A DNA stretch of 64,000 nt from an uncultured Clostridia bacterium. GTDB taxonomy: Bacteria; Bacillota; Clostridia; TANB77; CAG-508. The stretch spans positions 12,322 to 76,321 of the forward strand of contig CALXCB010000002.1 in the NCBI GenBank assembly GCA_944386695.1, read 5' to 3'. A program made the translations under genes and the position numbers. The stretch's first letter is position 1; every line of letters begins with the position of its first letter. Positions 20,315 through 30,164 of the stretch are shown here, in pieces. Under the pieces are notes generated by a model, which had not been told where the DNA came from, made no database searches, and saw nothing but the letters and a program-made list of their open reading frames with translations.

Positions 20315-20584
20315 CTATTTATTCCAAATAATATATCTTTTTGCTCCAATCTCATCATATTGAGACATACGTATTCTTGCAATTAAAAGAAAAATTAAAG
20401 ACGCACCTTCAAAAATTATGCCAAAATCAAAACTATCATAAATTAATACCATTATATATGTTGATAGACTAAGAGCTATAACTATTATTGCTACATTACT
20501 TTTGATTTTTGCTTTATCTATGTAAATTTTTTTTATAAATTCTTTTTCTTTATCTGTCATTTCTTCTACTCCTTTTCTTAGCAT
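20315..20584 (-). CDS. small membrane protein (2 TM). The C-terminus probably continues to 20224 through a -1 shift in a T5 run at 20338-20342
   Basis: 89-aa ORF. After the stop, the adjacent frame encodes a clean hydrophilic tail, DILFGINRDLAKADNPERYKESTDWFYEKYDEKEEKK, which ends inside the terminator stem. Confidence 0.5.
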   Translation of the reverse strand: MLRKGVEEMTDKEKEFIKKIYIDKAKIKSNVAIIVIALSLSTYIMVLIYDSFDFGIIFEGASLIFLLIARIRMSQYDEIGAKRYIIWNK

Positions 20585-21312
20585 TTTATATTCTCTTCTT
20601 CATCAAATAATATTAATTCATCTTTATCTAGTTTTTCCTTTTTATTTTGTATTTTCTGAACCCTTAAAATTTGATAAATTAATAAGATATTAAGTAGAAG
20701 ATGTAGTCCTAATATTATATAACTCTTTATTTTAAAAATATTATATAGATTCATACATTCATCAACATAATATTCTTTTTCTGTTTTTATACTCATACTA
20801 GACATTCCTATATCTAATTTGGATTTTTTATTAGTTATTTCATTAGTATTTTGCTCTATATAGAATTCTTCAAATTTATTTTCTGTATATGTCGAATCTA
20901 AATTTATTTTTACTCCTAAAAAGACTAACATTGCTATTATGGAAATTGCATTTATTAATACTAATCTTCTTATTAAATCTGATTCTGTTTTTGAAAATCG
21001 ATTTGTTACAAATGTTATTGCTAAAAGAACTCCTAGTACAATTAAATGTGTATTTATAAATATTTTTTTTATACTTTCTATGGGATCAACAATATTGGTT
21101 TTATATGACATTAAAAATGCTATTGCTCCAACGATTAATATAATAAATGTGACTATCATTTGCATGATTACATAAGTATTATCTAGTGGAACATAACAAT
21201 AATAATATCTTCCCCAAAAAAGTGGTACATCATGATACAATTCACTAAAGTCATTATCTTCTATACTATCCCTATCTATAGCTGGTCTTTCTCCCCTTCC
21301 CATAAATGACAT
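20578..21312 (-). CDS. hypothetical membrane protein (3-4 TM), overlapping the downstream gene by 7 bp
   Basis: 244-aa ORF with hydrophobic segments. No recognisable family. Confidence 0.5.
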   Translation of the reverse strand: MSFMGRGERPAIDRDSIEDNDFSELYHDVPLFWGRYYYCYVPLDNTYVIMQMIVTFIILIVGAIAFLMSYKTNIVDPIESIKKIFINTHLIVLGVLLAITFVTNRFSKTESDLIRRLVLINAISIIAMLVFLGVKINLDSTYTENKFEEFYIEQNTNEITNKKSKLDIGMSSMSIKTEKEYYVDECMNLYNIFKIKSYIILGLHLLLNILLIYQILRVQKIQNKKEKLDKDELILFDEEENIKC

Positions 21313-21425
21313 ATTTTATTCCCCCTTTCATTTTCAATAAAATTATATATTTTGTAAAAATTTCTGTCAATCATTAATAAACATTGTTATACAAAAATAA
21401 TATTTTTGACATATTTTTGTAATAT

Positions 21426-21483
21426 GACAAATGGGACTGGTTCTTTTTTGTCCTTGTACAAAAAAGAACCAGTCCCATTTGTC
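21426..21483. terminator. long perfect hairpin (~26-bp stem GACAAATGGGACTGGTTCTTTTTTG / CAAAAAAGAACCAGTCCCATTTGTC), a putative terminator of spoVT
   Basis: Perfect inverted repeat with a 10-nt loop immediately downstream of the spoVT-like gene. Confidence 0.5.
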
Positions 21484-21507
21484 CATTTGGCATAATTAAC
21501 ATTGTCA

Positions 21508-22062
21508 CTATATTTCCATTTGACTTCCTAAGAAAGTAGCTGCTGATTGAGCAAGTTTTGTCTCAACTTCATCCATTTTCACATTTGCTTCTTTAGATAA
21601 CAATATAACACTTCCTATTGTATCTCCATTAGAGATTATAGGATAAACTACTTGTGAATTATTCTTTTTATCGTTTTTATCATTTTTGGTAATAGGCATA
21701 GAAATATCTTTATTTTCTTTACTTGTATAAACTTCTTTATCTTCCATTATTTGTTCTATTTCATCACTTACACTTTGTTCTAAATATTCTTTTTTAGAAC
21801 CTCCTGAAACTGCAATTATAGTATCTTTATCTGTTATAAAAGCAATATGTCCAGTAGTTTTGGATAATGTCTCTGCATATTCTGTCGCAAATTCTGTAAG
21901 TTCCCCTATAGGTGAATATTTTTTCAAGATAATTTCTCCATCTTTATCTGTAAATATTTCTAATGGATCACCTTCCTTTATTCTCAAGGTTTTTCTTATT
22001 TCTTTTGGAATTACTACTCTTCCTAAATCATCTATTCTTCTTACAACACCTGTTGCTTTCAT
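21508..22062 (-). CDS. spoVT: SpoVT/AbrB-family transcriptional regulator (AbrB-N swapped-hairpin DNA-binding domain plus GAF-like C-terminal domain)
   Basis: N-terminus MKATGVVRRIDDLGRVVIPKEIRKTLRIKEGDPLEIF is the canonical AbrB/SpoVT fold. The 184-aa length matches SpoVT. Confidence 0.75.
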   Translation of the reverse strand: MKATGVVRRIDDLGRVVIPKEIRKTLRIKEGDPLEIFTDKDGEIILKKYSPIGELTEFATEYAETLSKTTGHIAFITDKDTIIAVSGGSKKEYLEQSVSDEIEQIMEDKEVYTSKENKDISMPITKNDKNDKKNNSQVVYPIISNGDTIGSVILLSKEANVKMDEVETKLAQSAATFLGSQMEI

Positions 22063-22161
22063 TTAACTTTTCCTCCTTAAAATTGTTTTATAATTTTATT
22101 ATGACAAATAAGGAAAAATTTATACATAATTGTAAAAAAATAAAACACATATTAATGTGCT

Positions 22162-22632
22162 TTATTTTTTTATCTCTTCGATATTATTTATTTCTTTTTG
22201 ATTTTTTCCTTTAAACCAATTTTTAATTCCACCAAAAGAATTTCTTTGATTTGAAACTTCATTTACTTGATTTTCTACTTTTTTTCTATTTGGTGCAAAA
22301 TGTATTTTTATAGGTGCTGCTAAATCAATTTCTTGAAATAAGAAATTTTTAATTTTTGACCATATCCCTTGTTTTACTAAAGCTTGTTCTTTTGCTATTG
22401 GTTGAAAAATTGTACTATTGTTTTCTGTTACAGTTTGATTTTCTTTTTGTTGATTTATCTCAAAACTCCCAAATACATTATTAGTACCTATATTTTCAGC
22501 ATTCTCACCGAAATATGATGTATTGTCTATTTCAATATTATTGTTGTTTTCATTATTATCATTATTGGTTTTGTTGTTGTTTTCAAATTGTACTCCACCA
22601 AATACTCCTTTTAATTCATTTATATCAGCCAT
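22162..22632 (-). CDS. hypothetical Asn-rich low-complexity protein
   Basis: 156-aa ORF with poly-N stretches. No domain recognised. Confidence 0.4.
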   Translation of the reverse strand: MADINELKGVFGGVQFENNNKTNNDNNENNNNIEIDNTSYFGENAENIGTNNVFGSFEINQQKENQTVTENNSTIFQPIAKEQALVKQGIWSKIKNFLFQEIDLAAPIKIHFAPNRKKVENQVNEVSNQRNSFGGIKNWFKGKNQKEINNIEEIKK

Positions 22633-22768
22633 ATCTTCCTCCTTTGTAATTTTACATTTAAGTTAATCTATATTTTTTATACTACAAATCTAAAAATTAA
22701 TCAATAGATATTTATAAATTTAATTATTACTTTTTCATGACACTTTTGTTACATTTGTATTACATGAT

Positions 22769-23674
22769 TTATACATTTATCTTCCATTTAGGCACATATT
22801 GTTTTTCATTTAGTCCTAATTCTTGTATGTATCCATTATCTAATTCTAATTTGTATAAATAATTTTCCATTCTTTTATATTCTTTTGTTGTTAATTTTCT
22901 GTTTATATCTTCAAAACCTTTTGCTTTATATGTTGGAAAATATTGTGCCATCACACTTACAAATATTTCTTTTGGAAAATTATTTTTTATCCACTTTAAA
23001 ACTTTTTTACTATTTTCTAAATGGTTAGGAAGTATTAGATGCCTTATAATTAGCCCTTTTTTAGCTATTCCGTTTTCTCCATATTTAATATTTCCTACTT
23101 GCCTATACATTTCTTTTATTGCTGTTGTTGCAACTTCAAAATAATTATCAATATTTGAATATTTTTTTGCTAATTCATTTTCAGCATATTTTAAATCTGG
23201 CAAATATATATCTATATAGTTTTCAAGTAATTTTAACGTTTCTATATTTTCATATCCATTTGAATTATATATTATTGGGATTGTTAATCCTTTTTTCTTT
23301 GCTATTTTTATAGCTTCTATTATTTGGATAGCATAACTTGTTGGTGATACTAAATTAATATTATTTACCCCTTTTGATTGTTGTTCTAAAAAAATCTCTG
23401 ATAATCTTTCTATTGTAATTTCTTTTCCATAACCTAATTGACTAATTTCATAATTTTGACAAAACACACATTTTAAATTGCAATTAGAAAAAAATACTGT
23501 TCCAGAGCCATTTGTTTTGCTAATACATGGTTCTTCAAATTCATGAACCGAAGCCATAGCTACTTTTACAGTATCTTTTGATTTACATTTACCTATTTGC
23601 TTATTTGTTCTATCAATTCTACATTTATGTGGACAAACTTCACATTTTTTTAATAAGTCTAAATTTGTTTCCAT
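22769..23674 (-). CDS. radical SAM protein (PflX / pyruvate-formate-lyase-activating-like family)
   Basis: CxxxCxxC motif CNLKCVFC. N-terminal extra Cys cluster CEVCPHKC. Confidence 0.8.
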   Translation of the reverse strand: METNLDLLKKCEVCPHKCRIDRTNKQIGKCKSKDTVKVAMASVHEFEEPCISKTNGSGTVFFSNCNLKCVFCQNYEISQLGYGKEITIERLSEIFLEQQSKGVNNINLVSPTSYAIQIIEAIKIAKKKGLTIPIIYNSNGYENIETLKLLENYIDIYLPDLKYAENELAKKYSNIDNYFEVATTAIKEMYRQVGNIKYGENGIAKKGLIIRHLILPNHLENSKKVLKWIKNNFPKEIFVSVMAQYFPTYKAKGFEDINRKLTTKEYKRMENYLYKLELDNGYIQELGLNEKQYVPKWKINV

Positions 23675-24219
23675 TTTTCGTATTCTTCTTTTATTTTTTC
23701 AAGTACTTCTTCTGGTTTTAAATTTCCTGTATCTAACACAAAATCATAATTTGACATGTCATCTCTATGAACATTATATAACTTATAGTATCTGGCTAAA
23801 TCATTTTTAGTTCTTCTTATCATATCTTCTTTTTGTGCCTCTAATGTTGGTAAGTTCTCAGATCTTTTTCTGTTTGGATCCGCAAATGCTCTTTTTGCTG
23901 CTATATCTATATCTACTCTTAAATATACTTTAAATGATTCTGGTACGGCATACCATCCCATTTTAGCATCTATTACTATATTTTTATGTGTATTTGCATA
24001 TTCAGTAGCACTTTTTTCAATTTGCATATCAACTTCTGGATGATCTTCTATGTATTCCCCAAATTCTGTTACCGACATTCCTCTTTCGATTGCCATCTTT
24101 CTGAAAGACTCACCATTTCTATATAGATTATAATTTAGCTCTTCTGCTAACATTTTAGATACTGTACTTTGCCCACTTGCTAAGTCTCCTGTTATTGAAA
24201 TTACATCTTTTCTTTTCAT
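23659..24219 (-). CDS. cytidylate-kinase-like family protein with a degenerate P-loop
   Basis: 186 aa. Begins with a P-loop-like ITGDLASGQST. Overall resembles the CMP-kinase-like PF13189 family. Overlaps the radical-SAM gene by 16 bp. Confidence 0.6.
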   Translation of the reverse strand: MKRKDVISITGDLASGQSTVSKMLAEELNYNLYRNGESFRKMAIERGMSVTEFGEYIEDHPEVDMQIEKSATEYANTHKNIVIDAKMGWYAVPESFKVYLRVDIDIAAKRAFADPNRKRSENLPTLEAQKEDMIRRTKNDLARYYKLYNVHRDDMSNYDFVLDTGNLKPEEVLEKIKEEYEKWKQI

Positions 24220-24260
24220 ATTTTATTTTTTATTTCTCCCTCTATTTTTTATTTATTTTC

Positions 24261-24551
24261 TTATTCTTCTTCCTCTTCTTCCTCTTCTTCCTCTTTTTGT
24301 TCTTCTTTTTTCTCTTCCTCAATTTCAGTTTCACTTTCACTTTCTTGTTCATTCTCTAGTTCTTCACAAATAAATACTTTTCCCTCATTTATTTCATTGG
24401 CTGCAATTGTTACAGGTGATTCTTCTTCTACATCTGTTAACTTTTTATCTCCATTCGCTATTTGTCTTGCTCGTCTTGATGTTGCTATTACTAATGCAAA
24501 TCTATTTTCTGCGTGCTCTAAAAGTTCGTTTACAGTTGGTTTTACTATCAT
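24261..24551 (-). CDS. rpoZ: DNA-directed RNA polymerase subunit omega with a poly-Glu C-terminal tail
   Basis: 96 aa. Core ELLEHAENRFALVIATSRRARQI matches RpoZ. The tail EEEEEEEEEE is low-complexity. Confidence 0.8.
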   Translation of the reverse strand: MIVKPTVNELLEHAENRFALVIATSRRARQIANGDKKLTDVEEESPVTIAANEINEGKVFICEELENEQESESETEIEEEKKEEQKEEEEEEEEEE

Positions 24552-24587
24552 AAATTCCTCCTAAAATATAATTTATATTATATAAAA

Positions 24588-24836
24588 TTATTCTTGTGGT
24601 ATATCTTTATCAATTCTTCCTGCTATTGTTTCTGCTTGAACTGCAGATAGCACTATATGGTCAGAATTCATTATAATAACTGCTCTTGTTTTTCTTCCAA
24701 ATGTTGCATCTATTGCTGTTCCATTATCTTTTGCTTCTTGCACCATTCTTTTTATAGGTGCTGAATCTGGGCTAACTATAGCTATTATTTTGTCTGCTGC
24801 TATTGTATTTCCAAAACCAATATTTACTAATTTCAT
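24588..24836 (-). CDS. remA: RemA/YlzA (DUF370) regulator
   Basis: [43 protein letters not shown] is the DUF370 signature. Start set at the ATG 7 nt after GGGAGG (the ORF track starts 5 codons earlier). Confidence 0.8.
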   Translation of the reverse strand: MKLVNIGFGNTIAADKIIAIVSPDSAPIKRMVQEAKDNGTAIDATFGRKTRAVIIMNSDHIVLSAVQAETIAGRIDKDIPQE

Positions 24837-24920
24837 TTCCATTCCTCCCATTTTTTAATTCTTCTATATTTTACCACTTTTTCCTTATAAAGTCTAGTAA
24901 AAAGCTATATTTTTAGTATT

Positions 24921-25391
24921 TTATTTATTTTTTCTTTTTTTTGCTTCTTTTTTTATTGGATTGTTATTTACAATCTCATGTATATCACTTAAACTTTTTA
25001 GGTATTCTCTTTTCCCTTCTGTGTAAACAATTATAGATTTCAATATGTAATATATTAAAACAGCATATGTAGAAAATAATATATATGATTGAAAAGATAA
25101 ATTGCTTCTGCTAATTACATACCAAATAGTTAATGTATGAAATGCAATTACTAATATCTCTATCCCATTTATAGCTAATTTTCCATTGTCTTTATGATAT
25201 GCTACTTCAAATAGTAATATACTAAGAAATAATAGCACTATACTAGAGATACTGGTTATTAGTGTTATTAGGTTTTCATTTGTTGTTATATATGTAATAT
25301 TTATTAAATTAAAATAAAAAATTATTAGTACTAAAATTATTAAATTTTTAAATATTTTTCTTAGGATTGTTTTATTGTTATTTTCTTCCAT
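24921..25391 (-). CDS. hypothetical membrane protein (4 TM)
   Basis: 156-aa hydrophobic ORF with a Lys-rich C-terminus. No family recognised. Confidence 0.45.
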   Translation of the reverse strand: MEENNNKTILRKIFKNLIILVLIIFYFNLINITYITTNENLITLITSISSIVLLFLSILLFEVAYHKDNGKLAINGIEILVIAFHTLTIWYVISRSNLSFQSYILFSTYAVLIYYILKSIIVYTEGKREYLKSLSDIHEIVNNNPIKKEAKKRKNK

Positions 25392-25473
25392 TATTTTATT
25401 TAAAATCCTCTCTTAATCTAAATAAAGTAGAATGGCATGCCCTTCTACTCTAGTGTATTTTTTTTATTTATTT

Positions 25474-25548
25474 TGGTGACCCCTACGGGAATCGAACCCA
25501 TGATTCCACCTTGAGAGGGTGGCGTCTTAACCGCTTGACCAAGGGGCC
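25474..25548 (-). tRNA. tRNA-Glu, anticodon CUC (75 nt including CCA)
   Basis: Cloverleaf folded by eye. Acceptor stem GGCCCCU/AGGGGUC. D-arm UGGUCAAGCGGUUAAGAC matches Bacillus tRNA-Glu. Anticodon stem CCACC/GGUGG with loop CUCUCAA. T-arm GGGUUCGAUUCCC. Lacks nucleotide 47, as tRNA-Glu does. Confidence 0.75.
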
Positions 25549-25602
25549 AAAAAATGTTATTTATTATTTATAACATTTTTTTTCAATTTAGTCAACCATT
25601 TT

Positions 25603-26355
25603 TTATGATTTTTGTCTTTTCTTTACTTCTATATCTCCAAATAGCTCATTTTGTTCTGTTTGAACTTTTTCTCTTTTTGATAATTCCAAAAGTCCTGAAA
25701 AAGCTGTTACAACTTCTTGTTTGTTATGTTTTTGAATCGAAAATAATTTATTAAATACAAAACTCTTATTTTTTATTAGTTCTCTAAATATTTCTTTTAC
25801 TTTACTTACTACAGTATAAGTATCTGTTACTGCTATTTTTTCTATATTATCAGCATTTTCATTTACTTTTTCTTTATTTTTATTCCATAATTTTTCATAT
25901 AAGGTTGGAATAATATTTTTTTCATATTCGTCTTCCAATTTTTGCTTTGGAAGATCAATATCTTCTGGTAATTTATAAAATCGATTTGAATATATATTAA
26001 AGTTTTGTCTTAATTTTACAGTAATATCTTTATATTTTTTATATTCTATTATTCTTCTTATAAGTTCATCTTCTGAAATCTCTTCTTCTTCTTGATCTTT
26101 TCCTGGAAGTAATTTCTTTGATTTTATATATAAAAGAGTTGATGCCAAACTTAAAAACTCACTTGCAATTTCTAAATTTAACTCTTTTGCTTTATTTAAA
26201 TATTCTATATATTGATCTGTTATTTCATCTAATTTTATATCATATATATCCATTTTGTTTTTTTCTATTAAATTACATAACAAATCCAGCGGTCCTTGAA
26301 AATTATCTAGCTTTATTGCATATTTTTGTGTTTCTAGAGTTAATATATTTGACAT
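25603..26355 (-). CDS. scpA: segregation and condensation protein A
   Basis: N-terminal ScpA motif DNFQGPLDLLCNLIEKNKMDIYDIKL. Start set at MSNILT with RBS AAGGAGG. Confidence 0.85.
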   Translation of the reverse strand: MSNILTLETQKYAIKLDNFQGPLDLLCNLIEKNKMDIYDIKLDEITDQYIEYLNKAKELNLEIASEFLSLASTLLYIKSKKLLPGKDQEEEEISEDELIRRIIEYKKYKDITVKLRQNFNIYSNRFYKLPEDIDLPKQKLEDEYEKNIIPTLYEKLWNKNKEKVNENADNIEKIAVTDTYTVVSKVKEIFRELIKNKSFVFNKLFSIQKHNKQEVVTAFSGLLELSKREKVQTEQNELFGDIEVKKRQKS

Positions 26356-26365
26356 CTTTTCCTCC

Positions 26366-28561
26366 TTATTCTTCATGATTTGAATTTTGTTCGTCTTTTT
26401 TTGTTAATTCCATATATTCTTCTTCTTTTTCATGCTCATCTTCATTTATATCTTGTCTTTTTTCTCTCATTTCATTCATAGCTAAATTTATTCTTCCTTG
26501 ATGATCTATATCTATTACTTTTACTGTTACTTTTTCTCCTACTTGAATATAGTCTTCTACTCTTCTTATATGTTCATTAGCTATTTTAGATATATGAAGT
26601 AATCCTTCTTTGCCATTTCCTAGGTCTACAAATGCTCCATATGATGTTATTCTAGTTACTGGTCCATAGTAAATTCCTCCAACTTCTATTTCACGTACTA
26701 TGTCTTCTATCATATCTAATGCATCATAAGCTTTTTCACTATTTTGACCATAGATAAATACTTGTCCATCTTCTTCTATATCTATCTTTACACCTGTTTC
26801 CTCTATTATTTTGTTTATTACTTTTCCCCCAGTTCCTATTACATCTTTTATTTTGTCTACTTTTATTTGTGTTGTTATTATTTTTGGCGCATATTCTGAA
26901 ATCTCTTCTCTTGGTTCAGCAAGTACAGGTGCCATTATTTCGTTTAATATATACATACGAGCTTTTTTAGTTCTTTCAAATGCTTCTTTTATTATGTCAT
27001 ATGACAAACCATCTACTTTAATATCTACTTGTATTGCTGTAATTCCTTTTTCTGTTCCTCCAACTTTAAAGTCCATATCTCCAAAGAAGTCTTCTATTCC
27101 TTGAATGTCTGTTAACATTACATAGTTATCAGGATTTTCTGGGTCTGTTATTAGTCCTGTTGATATTCCTGCAACTGGTCTTTTTATTGGAACACCTGCA
27201 TCCATTAATGATAATGTACTTGCACATATACTTCCTTGTGATGTTGATCCATTTGATGATAATATTTCAGATACAACTCTTATTGCATATGGAAATTCTT
27301 GTGATGTTGGAAGTACAGGAATTAGAGCTTTTTCTGCTAGTGCTCCATGTCCTATTTCACGTCTGCCTGGTCCACGAGAAGGTCTTGCTTCTCCTACTGA
27401 ATAAGCAGGGAAATTATATTGATGCATATATCTTTTACTTGTTTCTGTATCTATTCCATCTAATTCTTGTTCTTCACTCATCATTCCAAGTGTTGTAACT
27501 GACATTACTTGTGTTAACCCTCTTGTAAATAATGCGCTTCCATGTACTCTTGGAAGTAATCCTACTTCACATGAAAGTGGTCTTATTTCATCTAATCCTC
27601 TTCCATCTACACGTTTATGCTCATAGAAAATCATGTCTCTTACAATTTTCTTTTCTAGTTTATATAAAGCTTCTCCAATATTTGCTTTATCTTCTTCTAG
27701 TTTTTCTTCTCCGAATTTTTCTTTATATTCTTCATTTACTTTTTCTGTTAATTTTGTAATATTATCATCTCTAACTTGTTTATCTTTTTCTGTTACTGCT
27801 GTTTTCATTGCTTCTGTGTAGTTTTCTGATAGATATTCATATATTTCTGGTATAACTGCAAATGATTTATATTCAAATTTTGGCTTTCCTATTTCTTCTT
27901 TCATTTTTGTAATAAATTCACATAATTTTTTTATTTCTACATGTGCAGCTTTTATTGCCTCTAACATAGTATCTTCCGGAATTTCATTTCCTCCGGCTTC
28001 TATCATAGCTATTTTGTCATGTGTTCCTGCAACTGTTAATGTTAGCTCACTTTTATTTCTTTGTTCTTCTGTTGGATTTATTATTATTTCATTATCTACT
28101 AAACCTACATTTACTGCTGCTGTTGGTCCACCAAATGGGATGTCAGAGATCGAAAGGGCACATGAAGCTCCTATCATTGCTACTACTTCTGGTGAATTAT
28201 CTTGGTCTACTGAAAGAACTGTACAAACTATTACTACATCATTTCTAAAATCTTTTGGAAATAAAGGTCTAAGAGGTCTATCAATTGCTCTTGAAGTTAA
28301 AATTGCTTTATCTGATGGTTTTCCTTCTCTTTTTGTAAATGATCCTGGTATTTTTCCTACTGAGTATAATTTTTCCTCATAATCTACTGATAATGGAAAG
28401 AAGTCTATTCCTTCTCTTGGTTCTTTAGATGCTGTTACATTTACCATAACAACAGTATCTCCATATCTTACTAGTACACTTCCGTTACTTAATGCTGCCA
28501 TTTTTCCTGTTTCTATACTTAGCTTTCTGCCTGCTAATTCTGTTTCATAAATTTTAAACAT
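26366..28561 (-). CDS. pnp: polyribonucleotide nucleotidyltransferase (PNPase)
   Basis: Two RNase PH domains, KH, and S1 (GKVTVKVIDID). Start set at MFKIYETE with RBS AAAGGAGAG. rpsO-pnp linkage. Confidence 0.95.
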   Translation of the reverse strand: MFKIYETELAGRKLSIETGKMAALSNGSVLVRYGDTVVMVNVTASKEPREGIDFFPLSVDYEEKLYSVGKIPGSFTKREGKPSDKAILTSRAIDRPLRPLFPKDFRNDVVIVCTVLSVDQDNSPEVVAMIGASCALSISDIPFGGPTAAVNVGLVDNEIIINPTEEQRNKSELTLTVAGTHDKIAMIEAGGNEIPEDTMLEAIKAAHVEIKKLCEFITKMKEEIGKPKFEYKSFAVIPEIYEYLSENYTEAMKTAVTEKDKQVRDDNITKLTEKVNEEYKEKFGEEKLEEDKANIGEALYKLEKKIVRDMIFYEHKRVDGRGLDEIRPLSCEVGLLPRVHGSALFTRGLTQVMSVTTLGMMSEEQELDGIDTETSKRYMHQYNFPAYSVGEARPSRGPGRREIGHGALAEKALIPVLPTSQEFPYAIRVVSEILSSNGSTSQGSICASTLSLMDAGVPIKRPVAGISTGLITDPENPDNYVMLTDIQGIEDFFGDMDFKVGGTEKGITAIQVDIKVDGLSYDIIKEAFERTKKARMYILNEIMAPVLAEPREEISEYAPKIITTQIKVDKIKDVIGTGGKVINKIIEETGVKIDIEEDGQVFIYGQNSEKAYDALDMIEDIVREIEVGGIYYGPVTRITSYGAFVDLGNGKEGLLHISKIANEHIRRVEDYIQVGEKVTVKVIDIDHQGRINLAMNEMREKRQDINEDEHEKEEEYMELTKKDEQNSNHEE

Positions 28562-28719
28562 AAAATCTCTCCTTTTCATACTAATTTTTTACTTTTGACA
28601 CCACGAAATTTAATTTTTTTGAATTAAAAGTTTTAAGTTTATTATTAGTATGTAACCTCTATAATATGTTTTTTTAAAAAACATATTATACAAGCTACAC
28701 TTACTAATATATAAACTCT

Positions 28720-28758
28720 AAAAATAGGGGCAACATTCCAAAAAGCTGCCCCTAAAAA
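28720..28758 (-). terminator. rpsO terminator / rpsO-pnp intercistronic hairpin (AGGGGCA...TGCCCCT)
   Basis: 7-bp GC-rich stem followed by a T-run on the transcribed strand, directly after the rpsO stop. Confidence 0.6.
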
Positions 28759-29025
28759 TTATTTTCTTAATCCTAAATTTTTAACTATTTCTCTATATCT
28801 GTTTACATCTTTTTTAGCTAAATAGTTTAATAGATTTCTTCTTTTACCTACCATTTTTAAAAGTCCTCTTCTTGAGTGATTGTCTTTTTTGTGAACTTTT
28901 AAATGTTCAGTTAATTCATTGATTCTTTCTGTTAAAAGAGCTACTTGAACTTCTGGTGATCCAGTATCATTATCTCCTCTTTTATATTTTTCAATAATTT
29001 CGGCCTTTGCTTCTTTTGATATCAT
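28759..29025 (-). CDS. rpsO: 30S ribosomal protein S15
   Basis: 88 aa. [17 protein letters not shown]...[16 protein letters not shown] is canonical S15. Confidence 0.95.
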   Translation of the reverse strand: MISKEAKAEIIEKYKRGDNDTGSPEVQVALLTERINELTEHLKVHKKDNHSRRGLLKMVGKRRNLLNYLAKKDVNRYREIVKNLGLRK

Positions 29026-29179
29026 TTTTTACACCTCCTATTTTTCTATACTCCTTAAACCTGGTTTTAAATCGGGTGTCTTAATTTATTAACTAAGTTT
29101 AAGGAAATCTTTAACATTACTTATTTTACTACATAAATTCAGTTTTGGCAATAGTTTTTGCACAATTTCCCAAAATAAG

Positions 29180-30088
29180 TTAATTCATTTGAACTTTTCC
29201 CACAATATCATTTACATCATCAATATTATGTTTTTCTAAATATTTTTCTATTCCTGCTACAGTTTTTGGTGCTGTATATGGATCAATAAAATTCCCACAA
29301 CCTATAGAAATTGCCTTTGCACCCGCAAGCATAAATTCTATTGCATCTTCTCCATTTGTTATTCCACCTAATCCCATAACAGGAATTTTTACAGCATTTG
29401 CTATTTGGTATACCATCCTAACTGCTACTGGTTTTATGGCAGGTCCAGAAAGTCCTCCTGTGTTATTTGCAAGAACTGGTTTTCTTGTTTCGATATCAAT
29501 TTTCATTGCTAATAATGTATTTATTGCAGAAATAGCATCTGCTCCTCCATCTTCTGCCCCTTTTGCAATTCCTGCTATATCTGTTACATTAGGCGTCAAT
29601 TTTACTATTAATGGTTTATCTAACACTTTTCTTACTGCTGATGTAACCTCTTTTACTCCTTCATATGTATTGCCAAAAGCCATACATCCTTCTTTTACAT
29701 TCGGACAAGATAAATTTAATTCTACCCCATCTATATCTAACCCATTTAATATTTTACACAATTCAACATATTCATCTATTGAACTTCCACAAGCATTTAC
29801 AATTATTTTTGTATCATATTTTCTTAAAAATGGTAAATCATATTTTGCAAAATATTCTACTCCTGGGTTTTGTAGTCCTATACTATTTATCATTCCAGCT
29901 GCTGTTTCACATACTCTAGATGGTTTATTTCCATTTTTTGGTTTTAAAGATGTTCCTTTAGTTATAACAGCTCCTATTTTTCCTAAATCATAAAAATCAC
30001 TATATTCTCTTCCATATCCAAATGTTCCTGATGCTACTGTAACTGGATTTTTTAATTTTATACCTGCAAAATCTACTTCTAAATTCAT
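29180..30088 (-). CDS. pyrD: dihydroorotate dehydrogenase (class 1B) catalytic subunit
   Basis: 302-aa TIM barrel. Active-site Cys region. Paired with pyrK upstream. Confidence 0.9.
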   Translation of the reverse strand: MNLEVDFAGIKLKNPVTVASGTFGYGREYSDFYDLGKIGAVITKGTSLKPKNGNKPSRVCETAAGMINSIGLQNPGVEYFAKYDLPFLRKYDTKIIVNACGSSIDEYVELCKILNGLDIDGVELNLSCPNVKEGCMAFGNTYEGVKEVTSAVRKVLDKPLIVKLTPNVTDIAGIAKGAEDGGADAISAINTLLAMKIDIETRKPVLANNTGGLSGPAIKPVAVRMVYQIANAVKIPVMGLGGITNGEDAIEFMLAGAKAISIGCGNFIDPYTAPKTVAGIEKYLEKHNIDDVNDIVGKVQMN

Positions 30089-30112
30089 TTTTCAACTCTC
30101 CTTATATTCTTT

Positions 30113-30164
30113 TTTCTCATTGGGGACAGACCCTTTCGCAAAAGTGTCTGTCCCTTTTGCGAAA
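30113..30164. repeat. compound palindromic intergenic element, copy A (GGGACAGACCC / TTTCGCAAAAG arms), directly abutting the pyrK stop
   Basis: On the pyrK strand it reads TAA-TTTCGCAAAAG-GGACAGACAC-TTTTGCGAAA-GGGTCTGTCCCC-AATGAGAA. Same architecture as copies at 35291, 48284 and 51123. Confidence 0.7.

Noticed and set aside
22162-22632. The Asn-rich 156-aa ORF as a prion-like or defence protein
   Set aside because: It is only low-complexity N/Q-rich sequence with a conserved-looking C-terminal half. The evidence is insufficient for any functional call.
24177-24359. Poly-Phe ORF 24177..24359 (+)
   Set aside because: It is the antisense frame of the rpoZ poly-Glu tail (GAA/GAG repeats read as TTC/CTC).
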